Assembly (NCBI GenBank): GCA_965223335.1
Contig: OZ244991.1
Location: 960,001-1,024,000 of the forward strand
From: Thermodesulfobacteriota bacterium
Lineage (GTDB): Bacteria > Desulfobacterota_D > UBA1144 > Nemesobacterales > UBA2774
Length of the DNA stretch: 64,000 nucleotides
Direction: 5' to 3'
The position numbers and the translations under genes were made by a program. Shown here piece after piece: positions 62,496 to 64,000 of the stretch. The stretch's first letter is position 1. Each line of letters begins with the position of its first letter. The notes beneath the pieces were generated by a model. That model worked only from the letters and a program-made list of their open reading frames with translations, was not told the DNA's origin and did no database searches.

Positions 62496-62972
62496 ATGGC
62501 TTCAAAGTTGAGAAACGAGATTGAGAGGAAGTTCCTCGTACCCGACACCCCGCCAAACCTGGGCGGTTATCCCAACAACCACATCCTTCAGGGCTACTTG
62601 GTGATCACAGACGAGGGTACAGAGGTTAGGGTGCGCCGCGTGGACAGCAAATACTATCAGACCATAAAGATGGGATTGGGATTAACCCGAACCGAGATCG
62701 AATTTGAGCTTAGCGCCGATCAGTTCAATGGGCTCTGGCACCTGACCGAGAATAAGAGATTGGAAAAAATCCGCTACGAGATCTCCCAGAACGACGATAC
62801 GATAGAGTTGGATGTGTACCTGGGCAAATTAAAAGGGCTTATTACAGCCGAGGTAGAGTTTGATAGTGAGGAAAGCTCCCGCGAGTTCCATATCCCCGAC
62901 TGGTTCGGTAAAGAGATTACCACGGACGAAAGCTACAAGAACAAATACCTAGCGACCCGGGGCCTTCCCTAG
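62496..62972 (+). CDS. CYTH / triphosphate tunnel metalloenzyme
   Basis: EIERKF, QGYL, VRVR, TIK, LEKIRY, AEVEF. Confidence 0.92.
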   Translation: MASKLRNEIERKFLVPDTPPNLGGYPNNHILQGYLVITDEGTEVRVRRVDSKYYQTIKMGLGLTRTEIEFELSADQFNGLWHLTENKRLEKIRYEISQNDDTIELDVYLGKLKGLITAEVEFDSEESSREFHIPDWFGKEITTDESYKNKYLATRGLP

Positions 62973-63040
62973 TACCACCTGCAAATATCACAAGCCGGAT
63001 ATAAAATACGTTTTCTCATTACACCGATGTGTCAGCACCC

Positions 63041-63400
63041 TTACTTTAAAAATTTCTCGATCTCTTCTGCGGGACGTGCGAGCACTGCATTATCACCCAT
63101 CTCTACTATAGGGCGCTCGATTAAATCTGGGTGTTTAACCATTAGATCGATAAGTTCAGCATCCGAGTAATCAGTATTAGCAATTTCTAGGTCTCTATAG
63201 ACCTGCTCTTTTTTTCTGAGGATATCGCGGGGCGCCATACCGAGCTTCTTAAGCAGGGCCTTTAGCCTCGATTTTGAGAGCGGCACCTCGTAATAATTCA
63301 CCGAGTCGTATTCGGTCTCTTTTTCTTTTAGTATTTTTAGAGTTTTTCTACAAGTGGTACATGTGGGTTTAATGTATATTTTAATTTTATTTTTAGCCAT
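63041..63400 (-). CDS. ArsC/Spx family protein
   Basis: PTCTTCRK, HPDLIERPIV, ARP. Confidence 0.88.
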   Translation of the reverse strand: MAKNKIKIYIKPTCTTCRKTLKILKEKETEYDSVNYYEVPLSKSRLKALLKKLGMAPRDILRKKEQVYRDLEIANTDYSDAELIDLMVKHPDLIERPIVEMGDNAVLARPAEEIEKFLK

Positions 63401-63473
63401 GGCCGAGAATTATACCAGATAATTTATATCTAAAATAATCCAATACCTACGGTATGTAGGGGCTCTTATCATA

Positions 63474-63502
63474 TTGACATCAAATCGCTTATACAATATT
63501 AT
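63474..63502 (+). promoter_or_regulatory. Sigma70-type promoter upstream of thiL
   Basis: TTGACA-17-TATTAT. Confidence 0.6.
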
Positions 63503-63642
63503 GAATAGTAGGACCGACAATGAAAGACGCCGACCCTCATTTGTGTAGTTCTACCAATAATCCTAAATCAACCAGCTTTTTTAACCTGCATTCATACGAC
63601 ATTATTCCTACGAAAAAGGGGTTGTTGTCACTCTAAGCCGCG

Positions 63643-64000
63643 ATGTTAAACGAGCTATCTGCTCTACGTAAAATAGAAGAGCACTTCAGCAATTCGTCCC
63701 ATAACGGGGTTGTGGTTGGGATTGGGGACGACACCGCTGCAATTAATATCGAGCCCGACACCGTGCTGCTCACAACCGTAGACACCCAGGTTGAGGGAGT
63801 GCACTTCAAAAGAGGGTTTATTACGCCCGAGCAGCTTGCAAGGAAATCTGTAGCAGTGTCCGTAAGTGATATTGCCGCTATGGGCGGGGTACCGAAGTAC
63901 ATACTGTCCACAGTGGGGTTTACAGAATTGGTGGACGAAGCGTATTTAGACCGATTACTCAAGGGCTACAGCACAGCCGAGAGCGAGTTCGGGGTTAGGC
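63643..64000 (+). CDS. thiL: Thiamine-monophosphate kinase, 3'-partial (absent from the ORF track)
   Basis: MLNELSAL..GIGDDTA..VDTQVEGVHF..SVSDIAAMGG; runs off the window end. Confidence 0.92.
   Translation, partial: MLNELSALRKIEEHFSNSSHNGVVVGIGDDTAAINIEPDTVLLTTVDTQVEGVHFKRGFITPEQLARKSVAVSVSDIAAMGGVPKYILSTVGFTELVDEAYLDRLLKGYSTAESEFGVR

Noticed and set aside
63503..63642. TPP riboswitch or 38-aa leader peptide before thiL
   Set aside because: The TPP core (GCTGAGA..ACCTG) is not assembled; the short ORF has no recognisable features or support.
63633..63962. 109-aa minus-strand ORF
   Set aside because: Antisense shadow of thiL. The same applies to the many short ORFs nested in or antisense to long, well-supported genes.

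Overview
Core chromosomal window around the replication origin of a moderate-GC Gram-negative bacterium. The gene content looks deltaproteobacteria-like (e.g. Desulfobacterota/Dadabacteria), but that is inference and cannot be verified here. Left to right: a sulfated-glycan cluster (2 AlkP-superfamily enzymes, 3 sulfotransferases, flippase, 2 GT2); a lone nuoI; a murQ-anmK-nagZ-Na+/solute symporter peptidoglycan-recycling operon; tRNA-Gly(CCC); a DEAD-box helicase; mlaD; purH; two outer-membrane proteins with a divergent PhoB/PhoR pair; pheA; gspL/M/N-like genes; comF-dnaN-oriC-dnaA; ferritin; signalling genes; an orphan phage-like cI/cro switch; comM; a cbb3 oxidase operon (ccoI-S-NO-Q-P-G) with a facing GNAT-PAS kinase-NtrC operon; a ppx-CHAD-ParA-CYTH operon; arsC-like; partial thiL. 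Most interesting: (1) a ParB-less ParA ATPase embedded among polyphosphate-binding/metabolising genes, a candidate polyP-granule positioning system; (2) a sigma54 regulon readable from the DNA, with two -24/-12 promoters and two perfect 17-bp palindromes of the same design, linking a FixL-like PAS kinase and an NtrC activator to cbb3 oxidase; (3) a ccoQ that appears to start at ATC; (4) a B. subtilis-type DnaA-trio unwinding element plus a second DnaA-box/hairpin cluster 11.5 kb away. No CRISPR array, rRNA, transposase or integrase was seen. All functional calls come from motif recognition by eye, with no database searches.
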